A stretch of DNA of 64,000 bases, taken from contig CAWBNQ010000001.1 in the NCBI GenBank assembly GCA_963790205.1, positions 512,001-576,000 of the forward strand. Reading direction: 5' to 3'. Shown piece by piece: positions 29,916 through 39,822 of this stretch. Position numbers and translations under genes: made by a program. The notes below the pieces were generated by a model. The model did not search any database. It had not been told where the DNA came from and was given only the letters and a program-made list of their open reading frames with translations. Numbering within the stretch: position 1 is the first letter of the stretch; each line of letters opens with the position of its first letter. The stretch is from Nitrospirota bacterium (GTDB taxonomy: Bacteria > Nitrospirota > UBA9217).

Positions 29916-31217
29916 GATTCTTCCGGCTTTCCCGTGGGTAGAAATATGTGATAGGATGGTCGCCTGAGGAGGCGATCATGCAGGATACCGGACTTTATCA
30001 GCAATTGCTGGGATTGAAGTCACCCTGGAGTGTCAGTCAAGTTGAACTGGATGTAAAGCAGCAGCGGGTAGATGTATGGGTGGAACATGAGAAGGACGCA
30101 GTATGGTCTTGTCCGGAATGCTCGAAGGAGTCGACGGTCTATGATCATGCCGAAGAGCGGTTATGGCGTCACCTTGACAGTTGCCAGTTCAAGACGTACT
30201 TGCATGCGCGTATTCCCCGCATAACGTGTGCAGAGCATGGGATTTTGCAGGTTCGGGTCCCTTGGGCGGAACCGAAGTCACGATTCACGGTTTTATTTGA
30301 GCGGTTGGCCATAGATGTTCTTCGGGAGTGCGATATAACCGGGGCCACGAAGATCTTGCGGATAAGCTGGGACGAAGCATGGAACCTCATGGAACGCGCC
30401 GTAGAGCGCGGAAAGCTTCGGAAACAAGACCGCGTCGTTCCCCGGATCGGCGTCGATGAGAAAGCCATTGCCAAGGGTCATACATACCTGACGCTGGTAA
30501 GCGATATAGACGGAGGCACGGTAGAGCACATTGAGGATGACCGCAAACAGAGCAGTCTGGAGAGCTATTACAAGAGTCTGACGCCGGAGCAATTAGAAGG
30601 CCTCGAGGCGGTTGCAATGGACATGTGGGAGCCCTACCTTGAGGCGACGCGTGCCCATGTGCCTGGTGCCGAGAGCAAGATCGTTTTCGACCGGTTCCAC
30701 ATTATGGGCTACCTCGGGAAAGCGGTAGACACGGTACGAAAGCAGGAACATCGGCAGCGGATGAAAGAAGGTGACGAAACGCTCAAGGGGAGTAAGTACT
30801 TGTGGCTGTACAGCAAGGAGAACGTTCCGGAGAAACGCCGCAGGGAATTTGCCGCATTACAAAAGCTTGAGTTGAAGGTAGGACGCGCGTGGGCCATCAA
30901 GGAGACGTTTCGGAAGTTGTGGCATTACAACTATGCCGAGTCAGCGAGGAAATTCTGGAAGCGGTGGTATTTCTGGGCAACACACAGCAGGCTGAAGCCA
31001 ATCATTGACGCAGCAGGAACGATCAAAAGACATATTGCTAACGTTCTGACTTATCTTCAGCACCGCATAACGAATGCGGTCAGCGAAGGGCTCAACAGCA
31101 AGATACAGACAATCAAAAAGATGGCCTACGGATTTCGGAACAAGGAACACTTCAAGACAGCAATTTACTTTCACTGCGGCGGGCTAGACATGTATCCATG
31201 CTAAACCCGGGAGAGCC
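29916..31217 (+). mobile_element. ISL3-family element
   Basis: Imperfect IRs GATTCTTCCGG.. / ..CCCGGGAGAGCC; 8-bp target duplication ACCTATAG (29908-29915, 31218-31225). Confidence 0.9.
29948..31204 (+). CDS. ISL3-family transposase
   Basis: CPEC..WRHL, IGVDE, AMDMW, FDRFH, SEGLNSKIQ..K..AYGFRN. Confidence 0.95.
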   Translation: MIGWSPEEAIMQDTGLYQQLLGLKSPWSVSQVELDVKQQRVDVWVEHEKDAVWSCPECSKESTVYDHAEERLWRHLDSCQFKTYLHARIPRITCAEHGILQVRVPWAEPKSRFTVLFERLAIDVLRECDITGATKILRISWDEAWNLMERAVERGKLRKQDRVVPRIGVDEKAIAKGHTYLTLVSDIDGGTVEHIEDDRKQSSLESYYKSLTPEQLEGLEAVAMDMWEPYLEATRAHVPGAESKIVFDRFHIMGYLGKAVDTVRKQEHRQRMKEGDETLKGSKYLWLYSKENVPEKRRREFAALQKLELKVGRAWAIKETFRKLWHYNYAESARKFWKRWYFWATHSRLKPIIDAAGTIKRHIANVLTYLQHRITNAVSEGLNSKIQTIKKMAYGFRNKEHFKTAIYFHCGGLDMYPC

Positions 31218-31320
31218 ACCTATAGAAACCTATAGGAAACCTATAGAACCTATAGGGTCAAACCTATAGCAAACCCAACCTATAGCAACCTATAGCAACC
31301 TATAGAGCAACCTATAGGGT
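31218..31320 (+). repeat. Irregular tandem array of (A)ACCTATAG, 9 copies
   Basis: Nine units separated by 0-7 nt, two of them followed by GGTCA. Inverted units occur at 33854-33870. Confidence 0.92.
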
Positions 31321-31330
31321 CACGTCTTGT

Positions 31331-32931
31331 CGGGCTGTTGCCCAAAGGACTTCCCGCGAACGATCAAGCGCCTTGATGCGTAAAGAGGTCTAAGCTAATG
31401 ACGGGCAATATCGGTTCTGTCTCAAGGGAACATGCAAAATGAGCGATCCGAAAGCCTTTGCCACTGTTCTTTGAACAACGAGCAGCCGTACCGCAGCTGC
31501 TTTCTTCGGCTTGGAAGCATGCGCTATTAGCACTTGCATGTTCTGGATGGCACAGGTCATATATTCCTGGACCCGCATTCGCCAAAGGCCTCGCCAGCGT
31601 GCTTGATCGAAGCCGTATCGGGTGCCCCTGGCAAAGGATCGCTCCATCAGGTGTTGTCTGGTTTTGATGTCGTACCGTGCATTGGCTGATCGACTGATTG
31701 CACGCATGCGCTCCAGAACATTCTGCCGGAGATGACGCTTGATCGTTCGGCCGGACTTGTTTTTCGTGCATTGCTCTCTAAGCTGGCACGCTGCGCAGAC
31801 TTTCCTGGGCGCTGCGTAATCCCGGCTTTGTCTGGCTATATGCAGCGACTTCGGCTTGAGCTGAGTTCCTGCCGGGCACATATAGGAGTCGGTGGCAGGA
31901 TCATAGGAAAATCTATCTTCCATAAAGATGTCGGTTTTCGCTATGCGATTGATCGCCACGTCTCGTAAATCCGGGATATGCGCCTTTATGCCCTTGTCAT
32001 GGCAGGCAAGGAAGTTGTCGATCGTTCCGTACTTACTGTCCGCAACAACCGTTTCGGCCTCGACTTCCGTTGTTGCGTGGTGTTGCTCAAGCAGCGAAAG
32101 CATCAGATGGGCTTCGTTCACATCGCCGGGCGCTACGTCGGTTGCAGTGATGATTTCTTTTTTACCGTCAACGGCCCGATGCACTTGGTAGGAAAGTTTG
32201 GATTTCCCCCGGTTCACCAGGGCCGCGTCCGGGTCGGTGGTGGAGATATAGCGGTTGTTCTTTTTTTCGTAGGTCCTGGAAGGATCAGTGCTTTCGGTGC
32301 GTTCTTCCAAGCGGGCTTCCAGCTTTTTATAATTTTTGTGCAACTGATGTTTCAGGTTCCGGGTATCGAGAACCGAACTGTTGGAGGCATTTGCATCCAC
32401 CAGACTGGAGTCGACGAAGATCTTGCGGCCGTCAATAAGACCGGCTTCCGCGCACTGCAGAACAATACGTTCGAAGAACCTTTGAAAAACATCGAGGCCC
32501 CATTTTTTGCGGGCCTTGGATAGCACGCTATGGTTGGGAATTTCAGAATCAAGGTCATACCCGAGAAACCAGAGCCAATCCATACGCTCTGGCAGGGTGT
32601 CCATCAGCTCCCGCTCCGAGCGGACATTATAAAAGATCAGGAGTAGCATCAGTTTCAGGATAATTGGTGGTGGCACTGAAACGTTGCCGTTGTTGCCGTA
32701 CAAGTCCTTGACTTCGTCATAGGCGAAGTTGAAATCGATCAGCGTATTGACTTTTCTCAAAGGATGGTTCTCACGAACCCGTTTTTCTATATTGATGCCG
32801 ATATAGAACAAGCTGCTTTGAGGCGGTTGCTGCAATCCCATCATGGCTATTGGCTCCTGATGTCGTGATTGACGTCGCAGCAATATAGCATTACTGAGTG
32901 GCTTTCTCAATATCATTTGGGCAACAGCCCG
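31331..32931 (-). mobile_element. IS1182-family element, copy 2 (1601 bp)
   Basis: Same IRs as copy 1; 4-bp target duplication TTGT. Confidence 0.95.
31390..32844 (-). CDS. IS1182-family DDE transposase
   Basis: Same protein as copy 1; the only difference seen is HIPL vs HVPL. Confidence 0.93.
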   Translation of the reverse strand: MMGLQQPPQSSLFYIGINIEKRVRENHPLRKVNTLIDFNFAYDEVKDLYGNNGNVSVPPPIILKLMLLLIFYNVRSERELMDTLPERMDWLWFLGYDLDSEIPNHSVLSKARKKWGLDVFQRFFERIVLQCAEAGLIDGRKIFVDSSLVDANASNSSVLDTRNLKHQLHKNYKKLEARLEERTESTDPSRTYEKKNNRYISTTDPDAALVNRGKSKLSYQVHRAVDGKKEIITATDVAPGDVNEAHLMLSLLEQHHATTEVEAETVVADSKYGTIDNFLACHDKGIKAHIPDLRDVAINRIAKTDIFMEDRFSYDPATDSYMCPAGTQLKPKSLHIARQSRDYAAPRKVCAACQLREQCTKNKSGRTIKRHLRQNVLERMRAISRSANARYDIKTRQHLMERSFARGTRYGFDQARWRGLWRMRVQEYMTCAIQNMQVLIAHASKPKKAAAVRLLVVQRTVAKAFGSLILHVPLRQNRYCPSLA

Positions 32932-32976
32932 TTGTAACTTGACAATTGCGTTGTGCTGTGATATCGTCGCGACATT

Positions 32977-33849
32977 ATGGCCCGTCCCCTTCGCATAGAG
33001 TATCCCGGTGCTGTTTACCAGGTCACCTCCCGCGGAAACGAAAAGAAGCCCGTCTTCAAGGACGAGCAGGACCGTCTGAACTTCCTCAATACTCTCCAGC
33101 ATGCCGGCAAACGCTACAACTGGATCTGCCACGCTTATTGTCTCATGACCAACCATTACCACCTCCTCATCGAGACCCCGGACGGCAATCTATCCATCGG
33201 CATGAGACAATTGAACGGCGTCTACACGCAGCTTTTTAACAATTGGCATGGCAGGACCGGTCACCTGTTCCAGGGACGATACAAAGCCATTCTGATCCAG
33301 AAGGACAGCCATCTCCTTGAGGTTTGCCGGTATGTGGTCCTGAATCCTGTACGGGCCAAGATGGTTGAGACGCCGGAGGGGTATCGCTGGTCTAGCTACC
33401 TGGCTACGGCGGGCAGAACAAAGCCCCATCCGTGCCTCACCACAGACTGGGTATTGGGCCAATTCAGCGGGAAGCGGGGCAAGGCGGAGCAAGAATACCG
33501 GCAGTTCGTCAAATGGGGGATCGGCAAACAATCCGTCTGGACCGACGTGCGGGGCCAGACGATACTCGGTGAAGAAGATTTTGCAGACCGCTTTATAGAT
33601 CATCTCAGGAAGCATAAAGAGGTGCCCGAGATCACCCGGAGTCAAAAATACCTGAAGAGGCCGGCCCTGGAAAAGCTGTTTTCGGAAGACATTTTGCGAA
33701 ATAAGCGCAAGCGGGACCGGCGCATAGCCGATGCGGTAGAACGCCATGGGTATCTTCAGAGAGAGCTCGCGGATCATCTGAGATTGAACTATGCAACCGT
33801 CAGCAGGTTGGTGAGTGCTCAAGAACAAATATCAAATAACAAGACGTGA
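32977..33849 (+). CDS. Y1 tyrosine transposase (IS200/RAYT-like) with C-terminal HTH
   Basis: MARPLRIE, YCLMTNHYH (HUH), GHLFQGRY, RYVVLNPV, YRWSSY. Confidence 0.9.
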   Translation: MARPLRIEYPGAVYQVTSRGNEKKPVFKDEQDRLNFLNTLQHAGKRYNWICHAYCLMTNHYHLLIETPDGNLSIGMRQLNGVYTQLFNNWHGRTGHLFQGRYKAILIQKDSHLLEVCRYVVLNPVRAKMVETPEGYRWSSYLATAGRTKPHPCLTTDWVLGQFSGKRGKAEQEYRQFVKWGIGKQSVWTDVRGQTILGEEDFADRFIDHLRKHKEVPEITRSQKYLKRPALEKLFSEDILRNKRKRDRRIADAVERHGYLQRELADHLRLNYATVSRLVSAQEQISNNKT

Positions 33850-34155
33850 TAATCATAGGTTCTATAGGTTCCTTTCTCCCGCACATTTCTACCGGTCTTC
33901 AATCTGCACATTAGGATCAGTGGCGCGCAAACTTCATCCCGCAATTTCTATATGAAACACCCGTTTTGTGATATATTTTGTATGCAATTAGTTCTTCCAG
34001 AGGTCAGCAGCAGTTGTATCTTTTAGAAATCTAGAAATCGAATTTCATGCTAAAATCAGCAATATTAATTTTTTAAAAAATGAAGAACATGATGCAACTT
34101 TTTTAATTTAACGTGTCTAAAGTATATCCATCCATTCGCTTACAGGTTAGGAGCT

Positions 34156-35538
34156 GTGCTTATGAATAAATCCTTCACAAAGGGCTTTCTGCTGGCATTT
34201 ATTGTGTGCCTTTTAACGCTCCTATCCATCCAAGCCTGGGCGGACCCGGACCTGACATACTCGGTATCCTTCACGGACCAGGAGCTTGATGATCTTCTCG
34301 CCCCCGTCGCGCTCTACCCGGATCCTCTGCTTGCCCAGATACTGCCCGCTTCGACGTATCCGGCAGAGGTTGCCGATGCGGAAGCCTGGCTTAATAGCGG
34401 AGGGGACGCGTCCGGCATTGACGAGCAGACCTGGGATGAGTCCGTCAGGGCAATTGCCCACTACCCAGACATCCTCCAAATGATGGCCGGGAACATGGAT
34501 TGGACTGCCAACCTGGGAGATGCCTTTCTCAACCAGCCGGAAGACGTGACCAATTCGATCCAGCGGCTCAGGTGGCGGGCGAGGGCCGTCGGCAATCTGG
34601 TCAGTAATGCTGAACAAAGCGTCATTATCGAAGGAGACTATATCCAGATCGTTCCGGCCCAACCTCAGTACATGTACGTCCCTCAGTATGACACTGCAGT
34701 TGTATATGTCCAGGCTCCGGACGCGGGTTTCTCGCCGTTCGTCACCTTTGGCTTTGGCCTGATGATCGGGGACTGGCTGAGCATGGACTTTGACTGGGGT
34801 CACCACCACGTGATCTATCATGGCTGGGACCGCCCGGGCTGGGTCGATCATGCAAGGCCCTATGTTCACGTAACGAATGTTTATGTCAACAGAAGCAGGC
34901 CTTACATAAATCCGACATGGAGGCATGACCGGTCGCACGGCGACCCCGCCAGGTACCTGGCATCGCGACCCAGTGGTCCGAACGCCGACAGGTATGCACG
35001 CATGGGTGAAGCCAGGGGGAGCACTACGATGCAGCCCAGGCCCGACGGAGGGATATACGGCTACGGAGGGGACGCCCGCGCATTCAGCAATCGCGGCCGG
35101 GAAAGCCGTGGTATTGTCAATCAACAGCCGTCACCATCGACCCCACGTATCAGCGGACGGTCGAGTATACCGACTCCTCATGGCGGCCGGCGACCGACGA
35201 CCCCATCTCCAGGTTTCAGCGAGCAACGAACAATACCGGCCCCGAATGTCGGTGAACGGCCGCCAATGCCGGTTCCCGGCAGCAGTCGGCAACCCACACC
35301 AGTTCCTCCCTCTGTTCGCAGCAGCGGCTCGAATGAGGCCGGCTCTGCGCGAGCGAGCCAGCAGCCTGCCAGGACGCCATCCGTTACCTTTGGCGGTTAC
35401 CGGGGAGCTGGTGAAGCCAGGACACAGAGCCTTCGCGGCCAGGCCAGCCGTCAAAGCGTCGAACGAGCGCGGCCTTCCGCTCCCCCGGCGAGTCGAGGCA
35501 GAGGCAAGGACGATTCCGGTGGCAGGCAGCGCCGGTAG
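34156..35538 (+). CDS. DUF3300-domain exported protein
   Basis: LDDLLAPVALYPDPLLAQIL.ASTYP, WD.SV, LGDAFLNQ; Pro/Arg-rich tail. Confidence 0.88.
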   Translation: MLMNKSFTKGFLLAFIVCLLTLLSIQAWADPDLTYSVSFTDQELDDLLAPVALYPDPLLAQILPASTYPAEVADAEAWLNSGGDASGIDEQTWDESVRAIAHYPDILQMMAGNMDWTANLGDAFLNQPEDVTNSIQRLRWRARAVGNLVSNAEQSVIIEGDYIQIVPAQPQYMYVPQYDTAVVYVQAPDAGFSPFVTFGFGLMIGDWLSMDFDWGHHHVIYHGWDRPGWVDHARPYVHVTNVYVNRSRPYINPTWRHDRSHGDPARYLASRPSGPNADRYARMGEARGSTTMQPRPDGGIYGYGGDARAFSNRGRESRGIVNQQPSPSTPRISGRSSIPTPHGGRRPTTPSPGFSEQRTIPAPNVGERPPMPVPGSSRQPTPVPPSVRSSGSNEAGSARASQQPARTPSVTFGGYRGAGEARTQSLRGQASRQSVERARPSAPPASRGRGKDDSGGRQRR

Positions 35539-35607
35539 AAAAAGACAGGCTTGCTTCAACTAATTTCCCTAACACGAAATATATTGGACTAAGAAAGGAA
35601 AAAATTT

Positions 35608-36579
35608 ATGGAGACGAAGCGACAGAAATCTCTCTTTCGTTCATCGCGGGGCATGGTTTTTATCGCTGCGCTTTTGGTCTGTGCAGCGTTTATCGTTGCC
35701 TGGAGCATGCCGCTCCTTGCGGCAGCGCCGCAACAACTTTTTTCCTCTCCCGAAGATGCCTTGAAAGGACTCGTTGAGGCCGTCAAGGCAAAAGACAAGG
35801 CCGCACTCGATCAGATATTCGGACCCTCCGCAAAAGACCTTCGCTCCAGTGACGATGTGCAGGCCGCCGCCGAATTCGAGGCATTTGCCAGACACGTAGC
35901 CGAGAAAACCAGCCTCGTGAAAGAAAGCGATTCAAAGGTGATCATTCACATAGGCAACGAGAACTGGCCATTTCCGATTCCCCTGGTAAAAAAGAATGAC
36001 AAATGGCTCTTTGATACCGAAGCGGGCAAAGAAGAGGTCCTGAACCGCAGGATCGGAGAAGACGAACTCACCGCCATACTGGTCTGTCGCACGTACGTCA
36101 AGGCGCAGCGCGAGTACGTCGTGAAGGACTGGGATGGCGACGGAATCCTTGCGTATGCGCAAAAACTTCGAAGTGATCCCGGCAAGAAGAACGGTCTCTT
36201 CTGGAGGCACGCGCCGGGCGAAGCAGCGAGCCCCCTGGGTGAACTCGTGGCGCGGGCCAGGATGGAAGGCTATAAGAAGGCAAAGACGGTGTTCAAGGAA
36301 CAGCCCGTGCCGTTTCATGGCTACTATTTCAAGATATTGACAAAGCAGGGAGCGCATGCGCCGGGCGGAAAATACGATTACGTCATCAACGGCAACATGG
36401 TCGGTGGCTTCAGCCTCGTCGCATTTCCCTCAAACTGGGGCAAGTCGGGAGTGATGGCCTTTATCGTCAACCAGCAAGGCAAAGTTTTTCAGAAGAACCT
36501 CGGACCGGACACTTTAAAGATCGCCCAAGAGATGCAATCGTACGATCCGGACGAGACCTGGACACCGGTTAAGGAATAA
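35608..36579 (+). CDS. DUF2950-domain protein
   Basis: WPFPIPL, RRIG..EL, PFHGYYFKIL..QG..A.GG; usual partner of DUF3300. Confidence 0.88.
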   Translation: METKRQKSLFRSSRGMVFIAALLVCAAFIVAWSMPLLAAAPQQLFSSPEDALKGLVEAVKAKDKAALDQIFGPSAKDLRSSDDVQAAAEFEAFARHVAEKTSLVKESDSKVIIHIGNENWPFPIPLVKKNDKWLFDTEAGKEEVLNRRIGEDELTAILVCRTYVKAQREYVVKDWDGDGILAYAQKLRSDPGKKNGLFWRHAPGEAASPLGELVARARMEGYKKAKTVFKEQPVPFHGYYFKILTKQGAHAPGGKYDYVINGNMVGGFSLVAFPSNWGKSGVMAFIVNQQGKVFQKNLGPDTLKIAQEMQSYDPDETWTPVKE

Positions 36580-36770
36580 CAGGTTCTTTACATCATTCGA
36601 AGACCGTTTCAACCTGTCGAACTTACATGGGAGCGGGTGAAATATGCAGCATCCATCTTTTTGAACAGTGCTGACTTCACAACGATATCCCTCTCGAAAA
36701 ACCTCAATTGCTGTCACCCGGTTTGAATGAGCTTTTTCCCGGGGCCTGCCCGGTCCAAGCCATCCCGCTT

Positions 36771-37319
36771 TTACGCGGCCGATCGCTTCCGGACCACATC
36801 GAGTTCCGTCTTTACCGTCACCGGGCGGGAGAGTGTTATCCCGACTGGCGACGTTTTCACCACGTGGTCGTGCAGATCCCGCAGCATTCGGATATCTGCG
36901 TCAGCGTCGATCTGTACCCGCGCGAGCACGTTCTTAAACCCCGGAAGCCTGTCCATGTTGAGGTCAGCCGGAGGTTCAAGTCCAAGAAAACCGGGAAGGT
37001 CTATTTCACCCTCGATTTCTATCCGAAGCTTTTGGATTTTGATCCCCCGCACCGCGGCGTTCATGGCATAGCCGATGGCAAGGCATGCGCCGTAAGCCTG
37101 AAGCACCATCTCAACAGGGTTGGCGGCCGTGTTCGTTCCGACAAGCATCTCCGGCTCGTCGGCACGAAGCGTGAAGCCCCGGGACTCCGTTTCCACCCGG
37201 AACCCGTCCTTCCACGTTGCCGCCGCCTTCCAGACCGTTTTGCCCGTTTCCCAGTTCTTCTTGACCGACTCGACGACATTCAAAAGTTTTTCTGTTTCCA
37301 GTCCGTTGATTATCGGCAT
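36771..37319 (-). CDS. OsmC family protein
   Basis: ADEP..LVG.NTAANPVE..L.A.GAC, G.IDL.GFLGL, TSPV. Confidence 0.88.
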   Translation of the reverse strand: MPIINGLETEKLLNVVESVKKNWETGKTVWKAAATWKDGFRVETESRGFTLRADEPEMLVGTNTAANPVEMVLQAYGACLAIGYAMNAAVRGIKIQKLRIEIEGEIDLPGFLGLEPPADLNMDRLPGFKNVLARVQIDADADIRMLRDLHDHVVKTSPVGITLSRPVTVKTELDVVRKRSAA

Positions 37320-37471
37320 GGCATTTCACCTCCAGGATTCGCAAGGACCATGCGATTTTTGCTTTATTTAAGTATATAATAACACTTTCCCTGTGCTTCA
37401 ACGTCCTGTCCTGAGTTGTTTCGATTGCTCCGTATTTTGAAATGGATAAGCCTTTTTTCGCACCCGTCACG

Positions 37472-37510
37472 TGCGGCAAAATTCCACAGGCAATGGGGAA
37501 TTTTTCATCT
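37472..37510. promoter_or_regulatory. Putative tandem enhancer (UAS) sites for a sigma54 activator
   Basis: Quasi-palindrome TGCGGCAAAATTCCACA followed by the related TGGGGAATTTTTCATC. Confidence 0.45.
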
Positions 37511-37736
37511 ACTCTACAACTGGACATCGTCTCAATCCGTAGCTTTAATCCTCTCGCCGACCGCAGCGGCTCACGCCGACGCCTTTACTCAACGCTCAGA
37601 AACGGAAGCAGGAAATAAATCACCCATATTTACATATACTCCGGCCTGTGTAGACAACAGATACGTCCGCGCTCGCTGTTCGCCTGAGTAATGCATGCAG
37701 CGCCCTGCCGCCTTGTGCGTCTCCCTCTCTTTAACC

Positions 37737-37752
37737 TGGCATCGCAAATGCA
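37737..37752 (+). promoter_or_regulatory. sigma54 -24/-12 promoter
   Basis: TGGCATCGCAAATGCA (GG-N10-GC) at the head of the methyltransferase operon. Confidence 0.65.
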
Positions 37753-37766
37753 GAGAACTACCTGTC

Positions 37767-38096
37767 ATGAAGAACATCATTCTCTGCTCCTCAAATCCCA
37801 TATTGATAAAAAGCCTTTACGGGATCCTGAGAGACGAAGGGTACGCGGTAGAAACCATCGAGCACCCGGCCTTTGCCGTACAGAAGGTCATGAACGCACA
37901 ATACGACTTTATCATCATAGACTCTGAACCGTTCGGCCTTTCCGCGGAAGATGCGGCAGAGATCATCAAAACCGTCGCGCCCGGGATGCCCATCCTGTTC
38001 GTCGGCGGCGACCGCGAAAAGGAGCACGCCCCGGCTGTGGAGACGCCGATCGATCTTGAAAAGTTCAAGCGGACGATCCACAGTTTCGCAGTCTGA
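37767..38096 (+). CDS. Degenerate stand-alone receiver-like protein
   Basis: REC-like pattern (IILCSS..., GYAVE, YDFIIID, MPILFVG, PID) without the acidic DD pair. Confidence 0.7.
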   Translation: MKNIILCSSNPILIKSLYGILRDEGYAVETIEHPAFAVQKVMNAQYDFIIIDSEPFGLSAEDAAEIIKTVAPGMPILFVGGDREKEHAPAVETPIDLEKFKRTIHSFAV

Positions 38097-38140
38097 AGAA
38101 TGAAGGTTTTGACATTCCATTCCTTACGAAGGGAGACGTT

Positions 38141-39169
38141 ATGAAACCGAAAGAAGTGATCCTCAAGGCCTTTGAGGGGGGCAAGCCCGAGCGGCTTCCC
38201 GTGACCCTCTTCGGAGCGGGCATGTGGAGCATCAAGGGCTACGACACATCGTTCGAGGCCCTTTCTCACGATGCGGACAAGATGAGCGCCATGCTCGTGG
38301 ACATGAGCCCGAAGCTCCAATGCGACGTCGTTTATGCGGGCTCGGGATACAACAACTTCCATGCCTCGGCCCTCGGCGGAAAGATCAAGTTCCGGGAGGT
38401 CGGCGCGCCCGACCTGGAAAATCACTTCGTCTCTTCCGAGGAGGACCTTGCGAAGCTCAAGATCACCGATCTCGACAGGGACGATACCATCAATACCGTG
38501 AAGAAGGCGCTGCGCCTGACCAAGGCGAAAATAGGCGACACCTACGCCATGACCCTGACCGCCTGGGGACCCTTTACCCTCGGCGCCCGGCTCGTGGGCG
38601 AGGAGACCATGATGAAAGCCACGTTCAAGAAACCCGCTTTCGTCGAAAAGGTCGTTGACTTCGCCACCGACGTCCTGATCCACCTCTACGAGCCTCTCGT
38701 CAAGGACGGAACGCTCGAAGTCATCAGCCTGGCCGATCCCACGGCCTCGGGCGACCTCATCTCGCGCAAGCAGTTCGAGAAGTTCGCCGTGCCGTACCTT
38801 AAGAAATTTACCGACTGGGCGAAATCCAAAAACGTACATACGCTTGTCCACATCTGCGGCAACACCACGGACCGGCTGGACCTCTTCCCGAACACCGGCG
38901 CCTCCTGCATCAGCCTGGACCACAAAACGGACATGGCGAAGGCGAAGCAGACGCTCCACGGGAAGATGTGCTTCGGCGGGAACGTTGACCCCGTGAAGAT
39001 CATGCTCCAGGGCTCGGTCCAGGACGTGGAACACGCCTGCAAGGACGTCATCAAGATCGCCGGCAGTGACGGCGGCTTCGTGCTCATGCCGGGTTGCGAT
39101 ATCCCGCCGACCGTGCCCTATGACAATATCAAGAAGTTCATCCAAACGGCGCATGAATGGAAGATGTGA
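38141..39169 (+). CDS. MtaA/CmuA-type methyltransferase (URO-D superfamily) #1
   Basis: GPFTL, ADPTASGDLIS, HICG (Zn-binding HxC), GNVDP, MPGCDIP. Confidence 0.88.
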   Translation: MKPKEVILKAFEGGKPERLPVTLFGAGMWSIKGYDTSFEALSHDADKMSAMLVDMSPKLQCDVVYAGSGYNNFHASALGGKIKFREVGAPDLENHFVSSEEDLAKLKITDLDRDDTINTVKKALRLTKAKIGDTYAMTLTAWGPFTLGARLVGEETMMKATFKKPAFVEKVVDFATDVLIHLYEPLVKDGTLEVISLADPTASGDLISRKQFEKFAVPYLKKFTDWAKSKNVHTLVHICGNTTDRLDLFPNTGASCISLDHKTDMAKAKQTLHGKMCFGGNVDPVKIMLQGSVQDVEHACKDVIKIAGSDGGFVLMPGCDIPPTVPYDNIKKFIQTAHEWKM

Positions 39170-39334
39170 TCGCACGGCTTACGCAGGGGAGACCCCTTGT
39201 GGTCGCCCGCATTGAAAAGGAGGTGAGCGAATTCAGGTCAATGAGAGGAGGTCGATTCCACGGGAGTTTTAGAGGAGTTGAAAAAAATGTTTTCCCGGAC
39301 ACAGAAAGCGTCCGGGCAAGGGGAGGAAGGAAAA

Positions 39335-39778
39335 ATGGCTGATAAGAAAATGACAGTGGAAGAAGTAAACGAGTACATGAAGAAGCAGTGCGGTTTCGTA
39401 CCGCGCATGTTCCAGATCATCAACACCGTAACGCCCGAGCCGGGCAGGACCTTTGCTGATTTCTACGCCAGCATCTTCGGCGACGGGGCCCTTTCGCGCA
39501 AGGTGAAGGAGCTGATGTTCATGTCCGGCGGAGTGGGCTACTGCTCGCCCCGCTGCATCATCCACGTGATCCCGGCGATCAACGCGGGGGCGACCACGGG
39601 CGAGATCTTCGAGGCCGCATCGGTCGGCATGATCCTCGCGGGCTTCGTGCCCGGCGGGCCCGGCATTCCCTACGCCTTCGAGTACGCGTTGAAGTGCCTC
39701 GACATCGAAGCCAAGTACCGCAAGGGCGAGAAGTGGGAATACCTGCCGCAGCCCAAGTTCGACCACGGCGTGTTCTAA
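39335..39778 (+). CDS. CMD/AhpD family protein
   Basis: DGALSRKVKELM, YCSPRCIIH, GAT..EIFEA. Confidence 0.85.
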   Translation: MADKKMTVEEVNEYMKKQCGFVPRMFQIINTVTPEPGRTFADFYASIFGDGALSRKVKELMFMSGGVGYCSPRCIIHVIPAINAGATTGEIFEAASVGMILAGFVPGGPGIPYAFEYALKCLDIEAKYRKGEKWEYLPQPKFDHGVF

Positions 39779-39789
39779 ACACAATACGA

Positions 39790-39822
39790 GGGGGAGCGTT
39801 TCGAAGGCTCCCCCCGTTATTT
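39790..39822 (+). terminator. Hairpin / possible terminator
   Basis: GGGGGAGC-GTTTCGAAG-GCTCCCCC followed by a T-rich tract. Confidence 0.55.

Larger units (their letters stand above)
31320..33849 (+). mobile_element. HUH/Y1 (RAYT-like) transposase element whose left IR is split by IS1182
   Basis: Restored left end TCACGTCTTGTAACTTGACAATTG matches the reverse complement of 33826-33849 at 20/24. Confidence 0.75.

Noticed and set aside
31218..31320. AACCTATAG array as a CRISPR array
   Set aside because: Units are 9 bp with 0-7-nt spacers and there are no cas genes.
32845..33162. N-terminal extension of the 590-aa IS1182 ORF
   Set aside because: It runs past the IS end into the antisense strand of the Y1 gene.
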